A stretch of DNA of 64,000 nucleotides from positions 298,882 to 362,881 of the forward strand of contig CAVQMF010000003.1 of the NCBI GenBank assembly GCA_963713565.1, given 5' to 3'. A program made the position numbers and the translations under genes. Source of the DNA: an uncultured Actinomycetota bacterium (GTDB taxonomy: Bacteria > Actinomycetota > Actinomycetes > Mycobacteriales > Jatrophihabitantaceae). Every line of letters begins with the position of its first letter. The stretch's first letter is position 1. The notes under the pieces are model-generated. The model was not told where the DNA came from, searched no databases, and saw nothing but the letters and a program-made list of their open reading frames with translations. This document shows positions 19,642 to 28,951 of the stretch, piece by piece.

Positions 19642-20916
19642 GTGACCGACGCACGTGTCGTCCTGCGCCGCCGCCTCGGGCTCGGCGACGCGGTGGTGCT
19701 CGGGCTGGGGTCGATGATCGGGGCCGGTATCTTCTCGGCTCTCGCTCCGGCGGCGGGCGTCGCCGCGTCCGGGTTGCTGGTCGGTCTCGCGGTCGCGGGC
19801 GTGGTCGCGTACTGCAATGCGACCTCGACCGCGCGACTGGCCGCCGTGCATCCCGAAGCCGGTGGGACCTACGTCTATGGCACCCGTCAACTCGGCCCGT
19901 TCTGGGGTTATGCCGCCGGTTGGTCGTTCGTCGTGGGCAAGACCGCCAGTTGTGCAGCGATGGCGCTGACGTTCGCGACGTATCTCGACCTCGGGGGTGA
20001 ACGGTGGATCGCGGCGGCGGCGGTGCTCGCGTTGACCGCAGTGAACTACCGCGGGATTCGCAAGGCCGCGTGGCTGACCAGAGTCATCGTGGCGATTACC
20101 CTGGCGGCGCTGGCGAGCGTCGTCGTGGCGTGCCTGACCGGCGGCGCGGCCGAGGCCGAGCATCTGACGCCGTTCCCCGGCTCAGGGGTACACGGCATGC
20201 TGCAGGCGGCCGGTCTGCTGTTCTTCGCGTTCGCCGGTTATGCGCGGATCGCGACGCTGGGGGAGGAGGTACGCGACCCGGCGCGCACCATCCCGCGGGC
20301 GGTGACGATCGCACTGGCCATCACGTGGCTCGTGTACGCCACGGTGGCCGTCGCGGCGCTGCTCGCCGCGGGCCCGGAGGGACTCGCCGCGACGGCCTCG
20401 CCGCTGCGGGCGGCGGTCGATGCGGGCGACGCGCAGTGGGCCGCCTCGGTGGTTCGGGTCGGTGCGATCGTCGCGTCGCTCGGCGCCCTGTTGGCGTTGA
20501 TTCTCGGCGTGTCTCGCACGACGTTCGCGATGGCGCGGGGCCGGCACCTGCCCCGCGCCCTGGCCTACGTACATCCCCGGTTCGGCGTGCCGGTGCATGC
20601 CGAACTCGCCGTATGCGTCGTGGTCGTCGTCCTGGTGGTGAGCATCGACCTGCGCGCCGCGATCGGCTTCTCGTCCTTCGGCGTGCTGCTGTACTACGCG
20701 ATCGCGAATGCGTCGGCGTGGTCGCTGCGCCGCGACCAGCGGCGGCCGCCCCGGGTGTTGTGCGCGGTCGGGTTCGCCGGTTGCGCCGTGCTCGCGGTGA
20801 ACCTGCCGCTGTCCGCAGTGATCACCGGGGTGTGCGTCAGCGCGCTGGGTGCGCTGTGCTACCTGCTGACGGCGCGGGCCCAGCGTCAGTCGCGCGCGCC
20901 GACCGATCGCCAGTAG
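19642..20916 (+). CDS. APC family amino acid permease
   Basis: GSMIGAGIF, GGTYVYG, FFAFAGYARIATLGEE. Confidence 0.92.
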   Translation: MTDARVVLRRRLGLGDAVVLGLGSMIGAGIFSALAPAAGVAASGLLVGLAVAGVVAYCNATSTARLAAVHPEAGGTYVYGTRQLGPFWGYAAGWSFVVGKTASCAAMALTFATYLDLGGERWIAAAAVLALTAVNYRGIRKAAWLTRVIVAITLAALASVVVACLTGGAAEAEHLTPFPGSGVHGMLQAAGLLFFAFAGYARIATLGEEVRDPARTIPRAVTIALAITWLVYATVAVAALLAAGPEGLAATASPLRAAVDAGDAQWAASVVRVGAIVASLGALLALILGVSRTTFAMARGRHLPRALAYVHPRFGVPVHAELAVCVVVVVLVVSIDLRAAIGFSSFGVLLYYAIANASAWSLRRDQRRPPRVLCAVGFAGCAVLAVNLPLSAVITGVCVSALGALCYLLTARAQRQSRAPTDRQ

Positions 20917-21419
20917 TCGTTGAGCTGGCCTTGCACCCTGATGAACCAGACGAAGTTCCCGATGATCGGCAGCAGGAACCACAAGCCCCAGATGGGGGTC
21001 ACGCGACTCGTCTGCCCGGTGCGGCTCATCATCTCGCGGATCTCCATCGGAATCAGGAACCAGGTCACCGGCGATACCAGCAGGTAGATCACAAACCCGA
21101 TGGGCGCACCCACACCGTTGCCGGCGTGCTTCTTGATCTCGTCGTGGGTCTTCCAAGTCCACACGAAGGTGTAGATGCCGAGCGTGACGATCGCGAGCAG
21201 GATGCATGTGCTGACCGACCGAAGCCGGCCCGGCGGCCCGGCGGGCGGGTACCCGGCGACGGGGCCGCCCGGATATGCCGCAGGTGCGTTCGGATATCCC
21301 TGCCCTGGCGGCGGATACCCCTGGGCGCCGGGCGGCGGATATCCCTGCCCGCTCTTGATAAGGCCGACCTGCGGATCTGGTGGCTGTTGCGGCTGTGCCT
21401 GTCCGGACTGGTCGGTCAT
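20886..21419 (-). CDS. DUF4234-like membrane protein with Pro-rich N-terminus
   Basis: IVTLGIYTFVW..K, QGQLNDYW; GYPPPG repeats. Confidence 0.75.
   Translation of the reverse strand: MTDQSGQAQPQQPPDPQVGLIKSGQGYPPPGAQGYPPPGQGYPNAPAAYPGGPVAGYPPAGPPGRLRSVSTCILLAIVTLGIYTFVWTWKTHDEIKKHAGNGVGAPIGFVIYLLVSPVTWFLIPMEIREMMSRTGQTSRVTPIWGLWFLLPIIGNFVWFIRVQGQLNDYWRSVGARD
21245..21350 (-). repeat. Imperfect coding repeats (QGYPPPG)
   Basis: GQGYPPPGAQGYPPPGQGYP..AGYPP. Confidence 0.6.
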
Positions 21420-21439
21420 GGACTAACGCTACCGGCTGT

Positions 21440-22378
21440 TCAGGCGAAGTGTGCCGTGACCTCGTCGGCCAGCAACCCGAGCGTCTGCTCGGTCCCTCGG
21501 TCGTGAATGAAGAACTCGAAGTCGGAAAAGCCCAGGTCGACGAGTTGGCCGATCCGATCGGCCACCTGCGCCGGCGTCCCGACGAAGCCACCCGCGTCGA
21601 GTCCGAACCCGGCGGCACCGAAGCGTCGGCGAGCCGTCTCGAGCGCCGCAGGCAGGGCGGGCGCGGGTGCGACCGCCACGACGCCTTGAACCGAGCGGCG
21701 GACGTCGGCTGGGTCGCGTCCGTACCGCGCACACTCCTGCTCGAACCTCGCCAGCGTGTCCGGCAGCCGGTCGAGCGCGTAGGTCGGCACATTCCACACG
21801 TCGGCGTATTGCGCGGCGAGGGAGACCGTCCGGCGCCCGGCACCGCCGATGTGGATCGGCGGCCCGGGTTGCTGCACGGGCCCGGGGATGTTCGGCAACT
21901 CGGTGACCGTGTAGTGGTCGCCGACGAACGTGGTGTGCGGATTCGCGAACATCGACGTGATGATCTGCAGTGCCTCGCCCAACCGGGCTGATCGTTGGGC
22001 GTAGGTGCCGTACGGCAGACCGGCCTCAAGGTGCTCGCGCGGGTCGGAGCCGCTGCCCAGACCGAATTCGAGCCGGCCGCCGGAGATGATGTCCAGGGTC
22101 GTCGCCATCCGCGCGAGCACCGCGGGGTGCCGGAAGTTGTTGCACAGCACGAGGTGCCCGACCCGCAGCCGTTCGGTCCGGGCGAGCAGCGCGGTCGCGA
22201 GCGTCCAGCCCTCCAAGGACGGTGTGTCCGGCAGACCCGGGCCGTGCAGGTGGTCGTAGAGCCAGAAGCGGTCGAAGCCGAGCCGTTCGCAACGCCGGGC
22301 GCGTTCGAGAATGTCGTCGAAGCTGAGCACTAGCTGCGGGACGTAGACGCCGAACCTAACCGGCATGGTCGCGCTCAC
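21440..22378 (-). CDS. LLM-class (luciferase-like) flavin/F420-dependent oxidoreductase
   Basis: GFDRFWLYDH, LEGWT, FRHPAVLARMATTLDIISGGRLEFGLGSG. Confidence 0.9.
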   Translation of the reverse strand: MSATMPVRFGVYVPQLVLSFDDILERARRCERLGFDRFWLYDHLHGPGLPDTPSLEGWTLATALLARTERLRVGHLVLCNNFRHPAVLARMATTLDIISGGRLEFGLGSGSDPREHLEAGLPYGTYAQRSARLGEALQIITSMFANPHTTFVGDHYTVTELPNIPGPVQQPGPPIHIGGAGRRTVSLAAQYADVWNVPTYALDRLPDTLARFEQECARYGRDPADVRRSVQGVVAVAPAPALPAALETARRRFGAAGFGLDAGGFVGTPAQVADRIGQLVDLGFSDFEFFIHDRGTEQTLGLLADEVTAHFA

Positions 22379-23367
22379 CCAGGCGCCCCCTCGTGGCTCG
22401 GTTCGACCAGCCCTCGGTACGCGGCGGACGAGTCGATCTCACCGGTCAGCACGCGGTGGACCTCGTGGCACACCGGCATCGCGACGCCGTACCGGGTCGC
22501 GAGCTGCTCGCGTGCTGCGGAGGTCCGCACGCCCTCGGCGACCATCGGTGTCTCGGCGAGGATGTCGGCCAGGGGCCGGCCGCTACCGAGCTGCTCGCCG
22601 ACCCATCGATTGCGGCTCAGCGGGCTCATGCAGGTGGCGATCAGATCGCCCATCCCCGCCAGCCCGCTGAGCGTGGCCGGCTCGGCTCCCATTGCGACCG
22701 AGAGGCGGGTCAGCTCGGCGAGGCCGCGGGTCATCACCGCCGCGCGGGTGTTGTCGCCGGTCGCCAGGCTCTGCGCCATGCCGGTGGCGATCGCGATCAC
22801 ATTCTTCAACGCACCGCCGAGTTCGCAGCCGATGACATCGTGGTTGGTGTAGACGCGGAACAGGCCGAAGTGCATCTCGGCCTGCAGCGCGGCTGCGACG
22901 TCGAGATCCTCGGTGGCGATCACCGCGGCGGCTGCCTGGCCCTGCATGATCTCCTTCGCCAGGTTCGGTCCGGTTAACGCGGCAGCGGGGTGTCCGGGCA
23001 GGACCTCCCGGATGAGCTGCGTCATCCGCAGCAACGACGGGTGCTCGAAGCCCTTGGACAGGCTGACCACCGGGACCCACGGCCGGATGCTGTCCTTCGC
23101 GCGGGTCAGGATGTCGCGAAAGCCGTGCGTCGGTACCCCGACGATGAGCACGTCCGCGGCCTGGACCGCTTCGTCGAGATCGGCAGTTGCCCGCAGGCCG
23201 TAGGGCAGCTTGGTGTCGCCGAGATAGCGCGGGTTGCGATGCGTGGTGTTGATCCGTTCGGCGAGTTCCGGGCTGCGGCACCACAGGTTTGCCGAGCGGT
23301 TGCGCCAGGTCAGCAGCGAGGCCACGGTCGTACCCCACGAGCCGGCACCCAGGACGGTGAGCCTCAC
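22375..23367 (-). CDS. gpsA: NAD(P)H-dependent glycerol-3-phosphate dehydrogenase
   Basis: GAGSWG, SKG, GPNLAKE, GGALKNVIA, GDLIATC..SRN. Confidence 0.93.
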   Translation of the reverse strand: MRLTVLGAGSWGTTVASLLTWRNRSANLWCRSPELAERINTTHRNPRYLGDTKLPYGLRATADLDEAVQAADVLIVGVPTHGFRDILTRAKDSIRPWVPVVSLSKGFEHPSLLRMTQLIREVLPGHPAAALTGPNLAKEIMQGQAAAAVIATEDLDVAAALQAEMHFGLFRVYTNHDVIGCELGGALKNVIAIATGMAQSLATGDNTRAAVMTRGLAELTRLSVAMGAEPATLSGLAGMGDLIATCMSPLSRNRWVGEQLGSGRPLADILAETPMVAEGVRTSAAREQLATRYGVAMPVCHEVHRVLTGEIDSSAAYRGLVEPSHEGAPG

Positions 23368-23897
23368 AGCAGGTCTTCGAGTTCTCGGCCGATCTGCTCC
23401 GGTGTGTCGCCGGACTCGTAGCGCTTGATCACGTCGCCGTCACGGCCGACGAGGAACTTGGTGAAGTTCCATTTCACGTCGTCGCCCACGACGGACTGCG
23501 GGTCGCGCTGCTTCATCACCTCGTACAACCGGCCGTTCTCGGGGCCGAAACTGCCGGCTGCTTCGGCACGCAGGTACTTGTACAGCGGATCTGCATCGGG
23601 TCCGTTTACGTCGATCTTGTGCAGGATCGGGAACGTGACGTCGTAGGTCAGCGAGCAGAATTCCTGGATCTCCTCCTCGGTGCCCGGTTCCTGGTTGCCG
23701 AACTGATTGCACGGGAAGCCGAGGATCTGCAGGCCGCGATCGGCGAGATCGCGGTGCAGCTTTTCCAGGCCCTCGTACTGCGGGGTGAGCCCGCACCTGC
23801 TCGCCACGTTGACGATGAGCAGGACCTGCCCTGCGTAGTCGGACATCGACCGGGTCGATCCGTCGGTGGCCGTGACGGTGAAGTCATAGGTGTTCAC
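23364..23897 (-). CDS. Glutathione peroxidase-family thiol peroxidase
   Basis: NVASRCGLTPQY, GFPCNQF, KWNFTKF; Cys-type, not Sec. Confidence 0.95.
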   Translation of the reverse strand: MNTYDFTVTATDGSTRSMSDYAGQVLLIVNVASRCGLTPQYEGLEKLHRDLADRGLQILGFPCNQFGNQEPGTEEEIQEFCSLTYDVTFPILHKIDVNGPDADPLYKYLRAEAAGSFGPENGRLYEVMKQRDPQSVVGDDVKWNFTKFLVGRDGDVIKRYESGDTPEQIGRELEDLL

Positions 23898-24050
23898 TGC
23901 ATGTGCTCCTCGGGGTTGCGCTTGGGTGTCAGTCTCGCAGGGCGTACCCCGGCGGTTGCCACTACGTCGTTGCCCGGAGCCCGGTCAGTCACCAGGGTGG
24001 TGAGTGGTCAATGCCGAGGTCGCGCCGGTTGGCCGGCTGGCACAGCACAG

Positions 24051-24263
24051 TCAGCGCGAGTCCGCGACACGGCGCATCGGCCGCGGCGCTGCCGGGCCCA
24101 TCGGGTCGCCGTGGGCCAGGATCTTTCTGACCGTGGCGCGGCAGCGGCCGCAGATCGAACCCGCACCGCACTGCGCCGCAACGTCCTTCGTCGAGCGCGC
24201 ACCGCAGCGAATCGTCTCCTCTACGGTGTGACTCGTGACGGCGCAGCACATGCAGACGTACAC
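24051..24263 (-). CDS. bfd: Bacterioferritin-associated ferredoxin (2Fe-2S)
   Basis: MYVCMC...CGAGSICGRC; AGGAGG RBS before GTG. Confidence 0.88.
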   Translation of the reverse strand: MYVCMCCAVTSHTVEETIRCGARSTKDVAAQCGAGSICGRCRATVRKILAHGDPMGPAAPRPMRRVADSR

Positions 24264-24362
24264 GCAACCGCCTCCTGACACCGGTGCTGCCGTCCGGTCC
24301 AAGGCGACTATACGGTTGCCAGGGAAGGCATGCCTTATCCGTATTCCGTAGGGAGGTGCGCA

Positions 24363-25013
24363 TTGACGTCCTTCGTCCTGGCAACCGACTACCGCGTTGC
24401 CGACTACGACCGGTGGTGGACCGTCATGCACGGCGGTCGGGAGGAGCTCGCCGCGCTCGGCGTTCGCCATCTCGTCGTCTACCGCGCCGTCGACGACCCC
24501 AGCCGGGTCTTCGTCACGGTCGGACTGCGCTCGCGCGAGCGAGTGCAGCAGTTGCTGACCTCGCCGCGGTGGATCCACTGGTTCGACACGGCCGGGGTCG
24601 AGGAGATACCGCCAGTGTTCGTCGGCACTCCGGTCGCGAAGATCCGCTACGACGAGGATGGGCCCGACCTGGGTCGGCGGGCCTGGGGTGTGATCGTCGC
24701 GAGCGTCGTCCGAGTGGCCGACTTCGACCACTACATGAAAATGGTGCACGAGCAGCGTCGGCGCTCCATCGCGGCCGGAATGCGCAAGTACTGGATCTAC
24801 CGCGCTGTGGACGACGGCGACGAGATCATGTCGTTGCAGGAGATCGAGACGCTCGCCCGCGCGCGTGCGTGGTTGCACTACCCGGAGATTGCGGCGGAGT
24901 TCTACCAGGAGGCGGGTGTCGGGGTGTACCCGCCGATCTTCGTCGGCACGATGGCCCAGGTCGTGCGGCTGGAGAAGTCGGACCCTGAGAGCCCGTCCGC
25001 GTCACCATGGTGA
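24363..25013 (+). CDS. Uncharacterised protein with two tandem ferredoxin-like (dimeric alpha/beta barrel-type) repeats
   Basis: Internal repeats RVADYD/RVADFD, YRAVDD x2, PPVFVGT/PPIFVGT; GGGAGG RBS. Confidence 0.7.
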   Translation: MTSFVLATDYRVADYDRWWTVMHGGREELAALGVRHLVVYRAVDDPSRVFVTVGLRSRERVQQLLTSPRWIHWFDTAGVEEIPPVFVGTPVAKIRYDEDGPDLGRRAWGVIVASVVRVADFDHYMKMVHEQRRRSIAAGMRKYWIYRAVDDGDEIMSLQEIETLARARAWLHYPEIAAEFYQEAGVGVYPPIFVGTMAQVVRLEKSDPESPSASPW

Positions 25014-25106
25014 TCTGGTCATCCATGACCTCATCCTGAGGCGGCTCCGGATTCGGATGTCCCAGCTCGAGTGCGCGGCCGGCGTCGGCGCACGCTGCCG
25101 GCCGGC

Positions 25107-25625
25107 TCAGGGGTGCTTCGGCTCGGGACGCCAGCACGTGATCAGCAGACCGGCGGCGCCGAGCACGCCGGCGCCGATCCCGATCAGGAACCCCACCCAG
25201 CCCGGCGGGTCGAACCAGTTGAACGTGTGGTCCAGGGAGATCCGCCCGGCACCGATGCCGGCCAGACCGACGCCGGCGAAGGTCAGCGTCATGACGTACT
25301 CGTAGCCTTCACCGGGCCGGAAGATGAAGAACCCGTTCCGGAGGTGATTCGTGATCCAGGCGACGAGCATCGTCCCGATCACTCCGGCGCTGGCCAACGG
25401 GGTCAGCGCACCGACGATCAGCAGCAAACCCGCTCCGACCTCGGTGAGGCTCGCGAACCAGGCATGCAGGATCCCCGGCTTCATGCCGAGGCTCTCGAAC
25501 CAGCGGCCGGTGCCCTGGATCTTGCCGCCGCCGAAGATGTGGTTGTAGCCGTGTGCGACGAACACGACACCTACCGCGACGCGGAACACGAGGACCGCGA
25601 CGTCCGCAGCTGTCACCGCGCTCAC
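25107..25625 (-). CDS. DoxX family membrane protein
   Basis: RVAVGVVFVAHG, FESLGMKPG, GYEY, GAGRISLD. Confidence 0.92.
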   Translation of the reverse strand: MSAVTAADVAVLVFRVAVGVVFVAHGYNHIFGGGKIQGTGRWFESLGMKPGILHAWFASLTEVGAGLLLIVGALTPLASAGVIGTMLVAWITNHLRNGFFIFRPGEGYEYVMTLTFAGVGLAGIGAGRISLDHTFNWFDPPGWVGFLIGIGAGVLGAAGLLITCWRPEPKHP

Positions 25626-26107
25626 GGGTTCGGCTCCTCGCGCGACCGCTCATCCATGATCGCGGCGATCGCCGGAGTGCTGCGATCATGGGGCTCGCGG
25701 CAGCGCCGGTCACCCGTGAGCGATCGCGCCGCGAAGAATGCGCGGTCGGGCGTCAGAGCGCCCGCGCGGGAGCGCAGTGTTGCGTCGGCCATCCCGTCGA
25801 CATCTCCCTTCCGGAACTCGGTGGGCACGTCGCTCACCTGCTCCATTCAACCGTGCACGTCGCCGAGCGGATCGTAGGCCTCGACGGTCAGGTACACCGC
25901 GATCATCAACCCGCGCGTCGCGGATCGCCCGATCGGCGGCCGTTCGCGTGCCGCCACGCCGCCTCGAACGGTGATCTCCATTGCTGAAGGCCGGCGCTCG
26001 TGGGGCAAGATGCAACAGATCGGCAGCGCAGGCAACCTGCTCAGCAGACAGCGTTGTGGGCAATTGTCTTACTATGCGGCTCAGGCTGAGCCGCGGGCGG
26101 AGAGACC

Positions 26108-26872
26108 ATGAGCGATGAGGTCCAGCTAACGCGGCACGGCGCCGTGCAGGTGATCACGATCAATCGGCCGGACGCCAAGAATGCTCTCAACCTGGCGGTC
26201 GCCGTCGGCGTCCGCGACGCGGTCGATCAGCTGGATTCCGATGACGAACTCCGGGTCGGCGTGCTGACCGGTGCCGGGGGCAACTTCTCCGCAGGCATGG
26301 ACCTCAAGGCGTTCCTCAGGGGCGAGTCGCCGGCGTTCGAGGGTCGTGGGCTGTGCGGCATCACGCAGACCCCGCCGCGCAAGCCGTTGATCGGCGCTGT
26401 CGAGGGCTGGGCGCTGGCCGGCGGTTTCGAACTGCTCCTGGCGTGCGATCTCATTGTCGCGTCCCGGACGGCGCGCTTCGGGGTGCCGGAGGTCAAGCGC
26501 GCGCTCGTGGCCGGCGGGGGCGCTGCGCTCCTGCTCGGCCGCCGCGTCGCCCCGGCGATAGCGCTCGAACTGCTGCTCACCGGTGACCCGATCACGGCCG
26601 AGCGCGCGGCCGATATCGGCCTGGTCAACTCGGTCGTCGACGAGGGTCAGGCGGTCGACGCAGCTGTCGAGCTCGCCACCAGGATCGCCGCCAACGGTCC
26701 GCTTGCAGTCGCCGTCACGAAGCACATTGCCAGCAGCGCAGCCGACTGGACCCGGTCCGAGGGGTGGGAGCAGCAGAACAAGCTGATGACACCGGTGTTC
26801 GCGTCCGAGGACGCTCGCGAGGGAGCGACTGCGTTCGCGGAGAAGCGAGCGCCGGTCTGGAAGGGGCGATGA
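26108..26872 (+). CDS. Crotonase/enoyl-CoA hydratase family protein
   Basis: NRPDAKNA, FSAGMDL, ALAGGFEL, FGVPEV. Confidence 0.95.
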   Translation: MSDEVQLTRHGAVQVITINRPDAKNALNLAVAVGVRDAVDQLDSDDELRVGVLTGAGGNFSAGMDLKAFLRGESPAFEGRGLCGITQTPPRKPLIGAVEGWALAGGFELLLACDLIVASRTARFGVPEVKRALVAGGGAALLLGRRVAPAIALELLLTGDPITAERAADIGLVNSVVDEGQAVDAAVELATRIAANGPLAVAVTKHIASSAADWTRSEGWEQQNKLMTPVFASEDAREGATAFAEKRAPVWKGR

Positions 26873-26944
26873 CCCGGGCCGACCGACCCGCTCACCAGTC
26901 GAACGTAGTTGGCTGTGTGCGGTACGCGCACGGCAGCCGTGCCA

Positions 26945-27424
26945 CTACGCCGGCGGGCGGGCCACGCATTGCGCCAGGTAGATGGCCTCGCCGAGTTGGT
27001 TCATCAGGTCCAGCTGCGTCTGCAGATAGTCGATGTGGCCCTCCTCTTCGGCCATGATCACCTCGAGGATGTTGGCGCTGGTGGCGTCGCCGCGTTCCCG
27101 GCACAGCTGGATACCCGGGCGCAGCCGTTCGACGACCTCCGTCTCGACCGCGAGGTCGGCCTCGAACTGCTCACGAACGGTCTGTCCGACGCGCAGCGAG
27201 AACAGTCGCTGATAGTTGGGCAGGCCGTCCAGCATCAGGATCCGGTCGGTGATCGTCTCGGCGTGCCGCATCTCCTCGAAAGACTCCGCACGGGTGTGGA
27301 CGGCGAGTTCGGTGAAACCCCAACTCACCTGCATCTTGGAGTGCAGGAAGTACTGGTTGATCGCGGTCAATTCGCTTGTCAGCTGCTCGTTGAGCAGGGC
27401 CAGCACGTCGCTGTCACCGCGCAC
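26945..27424 (-). CDS. bfr: Bacterioferritin
   Basis: ELTAINQYFLH, EEMRHAE (haem-ligand Met), EEEGH ferroxidase ligands. Confidence 0.97.
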   Translation of the reverse strand: MRGDSDVLALLNEQLTSELTAINQYFLHSKMQVSWGFTELAVHTRAESFEEMRHAETITDRILMLDGLPNYQRLFSLRVGQTVREQFEADLAVETEVVERLRPGIQLCRERGDATSANILEVIMAEEEGHIDYLQTQLDLMNQLGEAIYLAQCVARPPA

Positions 27425-27482
27425 CGTGATCCTCCTGAGCTAGTGACGGCCCGGACGGGTCCGGGACCGTAGGTGTCCCCGC

Positions 27483-27496
27483 TGGTAGACCTACCA
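27483..27496. promoter_or_regulatory. Palindrome in the divergent bfr/amidohydrolase promoter
   Basis: TGGTAG-AC-CTACCA, GntR/FadR-like shape. Confidence 0.4.
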
Positions 27497-27555
27497 TGTC
27501 GTGGTCCGTGCGGCTAGCAAGGTGACCCTGACTCCGCGTGCCTAGGGTGTCAGTG

Positions 27556-28941
27556 ATGGAACCTGGCACGCTGCTGTTGCGCAACGCCTCGATCGGCGGT
27601 GCGCGCGCGGATCTGCTGATCGGTGCCGGCACCGTGCGGCGCGTGGGTGCTTCGCTGCCCGGTGGCGCGGACACGGTGGTCGACTGTGCCGGCGGTGCGC
27701 TGCTGCCCGGCCTGCACGATCACCACTGCCACCTGCTCGCGACGGCTGCGGCAGCGCAATCCGTGCCCTGCGGGCCGCCGGTAACGCGCAGCCGCGCGCA
27801 GCTGCGGACCCGGCTGCGCAAGGCGACGCCGCACGCTGGCTGGCTGCGCGGCGTCGGCTACGACGAGTCGGTGGCCGGTGAGCTCGATCGCGCCGATCTC
27901 GACGATCTGCGCGCCGACGTCGCCGTACGTGTGCAACACCGCAGCGGGTCACTGTGGGTCGTCAACTCCGCGGGAGCGCAGGCGCTGCAGCTCGACACCG
28001 CCACCGGGGTCGACGGCATCGAACGCGATGGCACCGGGCGGGCGACGGGTCGGCTGTGGCGTCTGGACCCGTGGCTGGGGGCGCGCCTGCCGCCGGCGCC
28101 CGCGCCCGAACTGCACGTGCTGTCCCGGCAGCTGGCCGCGTTCGGCATCACCGGCGTCACCGACGCCACGCCCGATCTCCCGGAACGGGTGATCTCCTCA
28201 CTGGCCGCCGGCGCGCTCGACCAGCGGGTGACGCTGTTGGGCGCCGACACCGAGGCGATCGCGCCACCGCTTCGGTGCGGCCCGCGCAAGATCGTCGTTG
28301 CGGATCACGCGCTGCCGACGCCGGACGAGCTTCGTGGGCAGATAACTGCGTGCCGGCCGCGGGCGGTGGCAGTGCACTGCGTGACGCGGGTCGCGCTGCT
28401 GCTGACCCTCGCCGTCCTCGCCGACGTCGGGACGTGTCCGGGTGATCGGATCGAACATGCGGCGATCGCGCCGCCGGAGGCCGTCGCCATGCTGGCCAGG
28501 TTGGGTCTGACGGTCGTGACGCAGCCGTCGCTCGTGGCGCTGCGCGGCGACGAATACCTCGACCGGGTCGACGCCGACGACCAGGCGTTGCTGTGGCCGT
28601 TCCGTTCGCTACTGGATGCAGGCGTGCCGGTCGGCTGCGCCAGCGACGCCCCGTACGGCTCGCTGGATCCGTGGTCGACCATCCGGGCGGCGGTGCGGCG
28701 CGGGGCGCCGTCCGGCCGTGCGGTGGCCGGGCATGAGCGGGTGAGCGCTCGGGCTGCGCTGGCCGGATTCCTCTCGGGGCCGGCCGATCCAGGCGGACCG
28801 GCGCGGCAGTTGCGCATCGGCGCCGATGCCGACCTCGTGCTGCTCGACCGCCCGCTGTCCGACCAGCTGCGCAACCCCCACCGTGACGCCGTGCGGATGA
28901 CCGTGATCCGCGGCCACATCGTCCACGACCGCACCCGGTAG
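27556..28941 (+). CDS. Metal-dependent amidohydrolase (Amidohydro_3-like)
   Basis: PGLHDHHCHL, VAVHC, RIEHA, ASDAP. Confidence 0.9.
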   Translation: MEPGTLLLRNASIGGARADLLIGAGTVRRVGASLPGGADTVVDCAGGALLPGLHDHHCHLLATAAAAQSVPCGPPVTRSRAQLRTRLRKATPHAGWLRGVGYDESVAGELDRADLDDLRADVAVRVQHRSGSLWVVNSAGAQALQLDTATGVDGIERDGTGRATGRLWRLDPWLGARLPPAPAPELHVLSRQLAAFGITGVTDATPDLPERVISSLAAGALDQRVTLLGADTEAIAPPLRCGPRKIVVADHALPTPDELRGQITACRPRAVAVHCVTRVALLLTLAVLADVGTCPGDRIEHAAIAPPEAVAMLARLGLTVVTQPSLVALRGDEYLDRVDADDQALLWPFRSLLDAGVPVGCASDAPYGSLDPWSTIRAAVRRGAPSGRAVAGHERVSARAALAGFLSGPADPGGPARQLRIGADADLVLLDRPLSDQLRNPHRDAVRMTVIRGHIVHDRTR

Positions 28942-28951
28942 GAAGACTTCC

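Noticed and set aside
23364-23897. Selenocysteine glutathione peroxidase
   Set aside because: The active-site codon is TGC (Cys).
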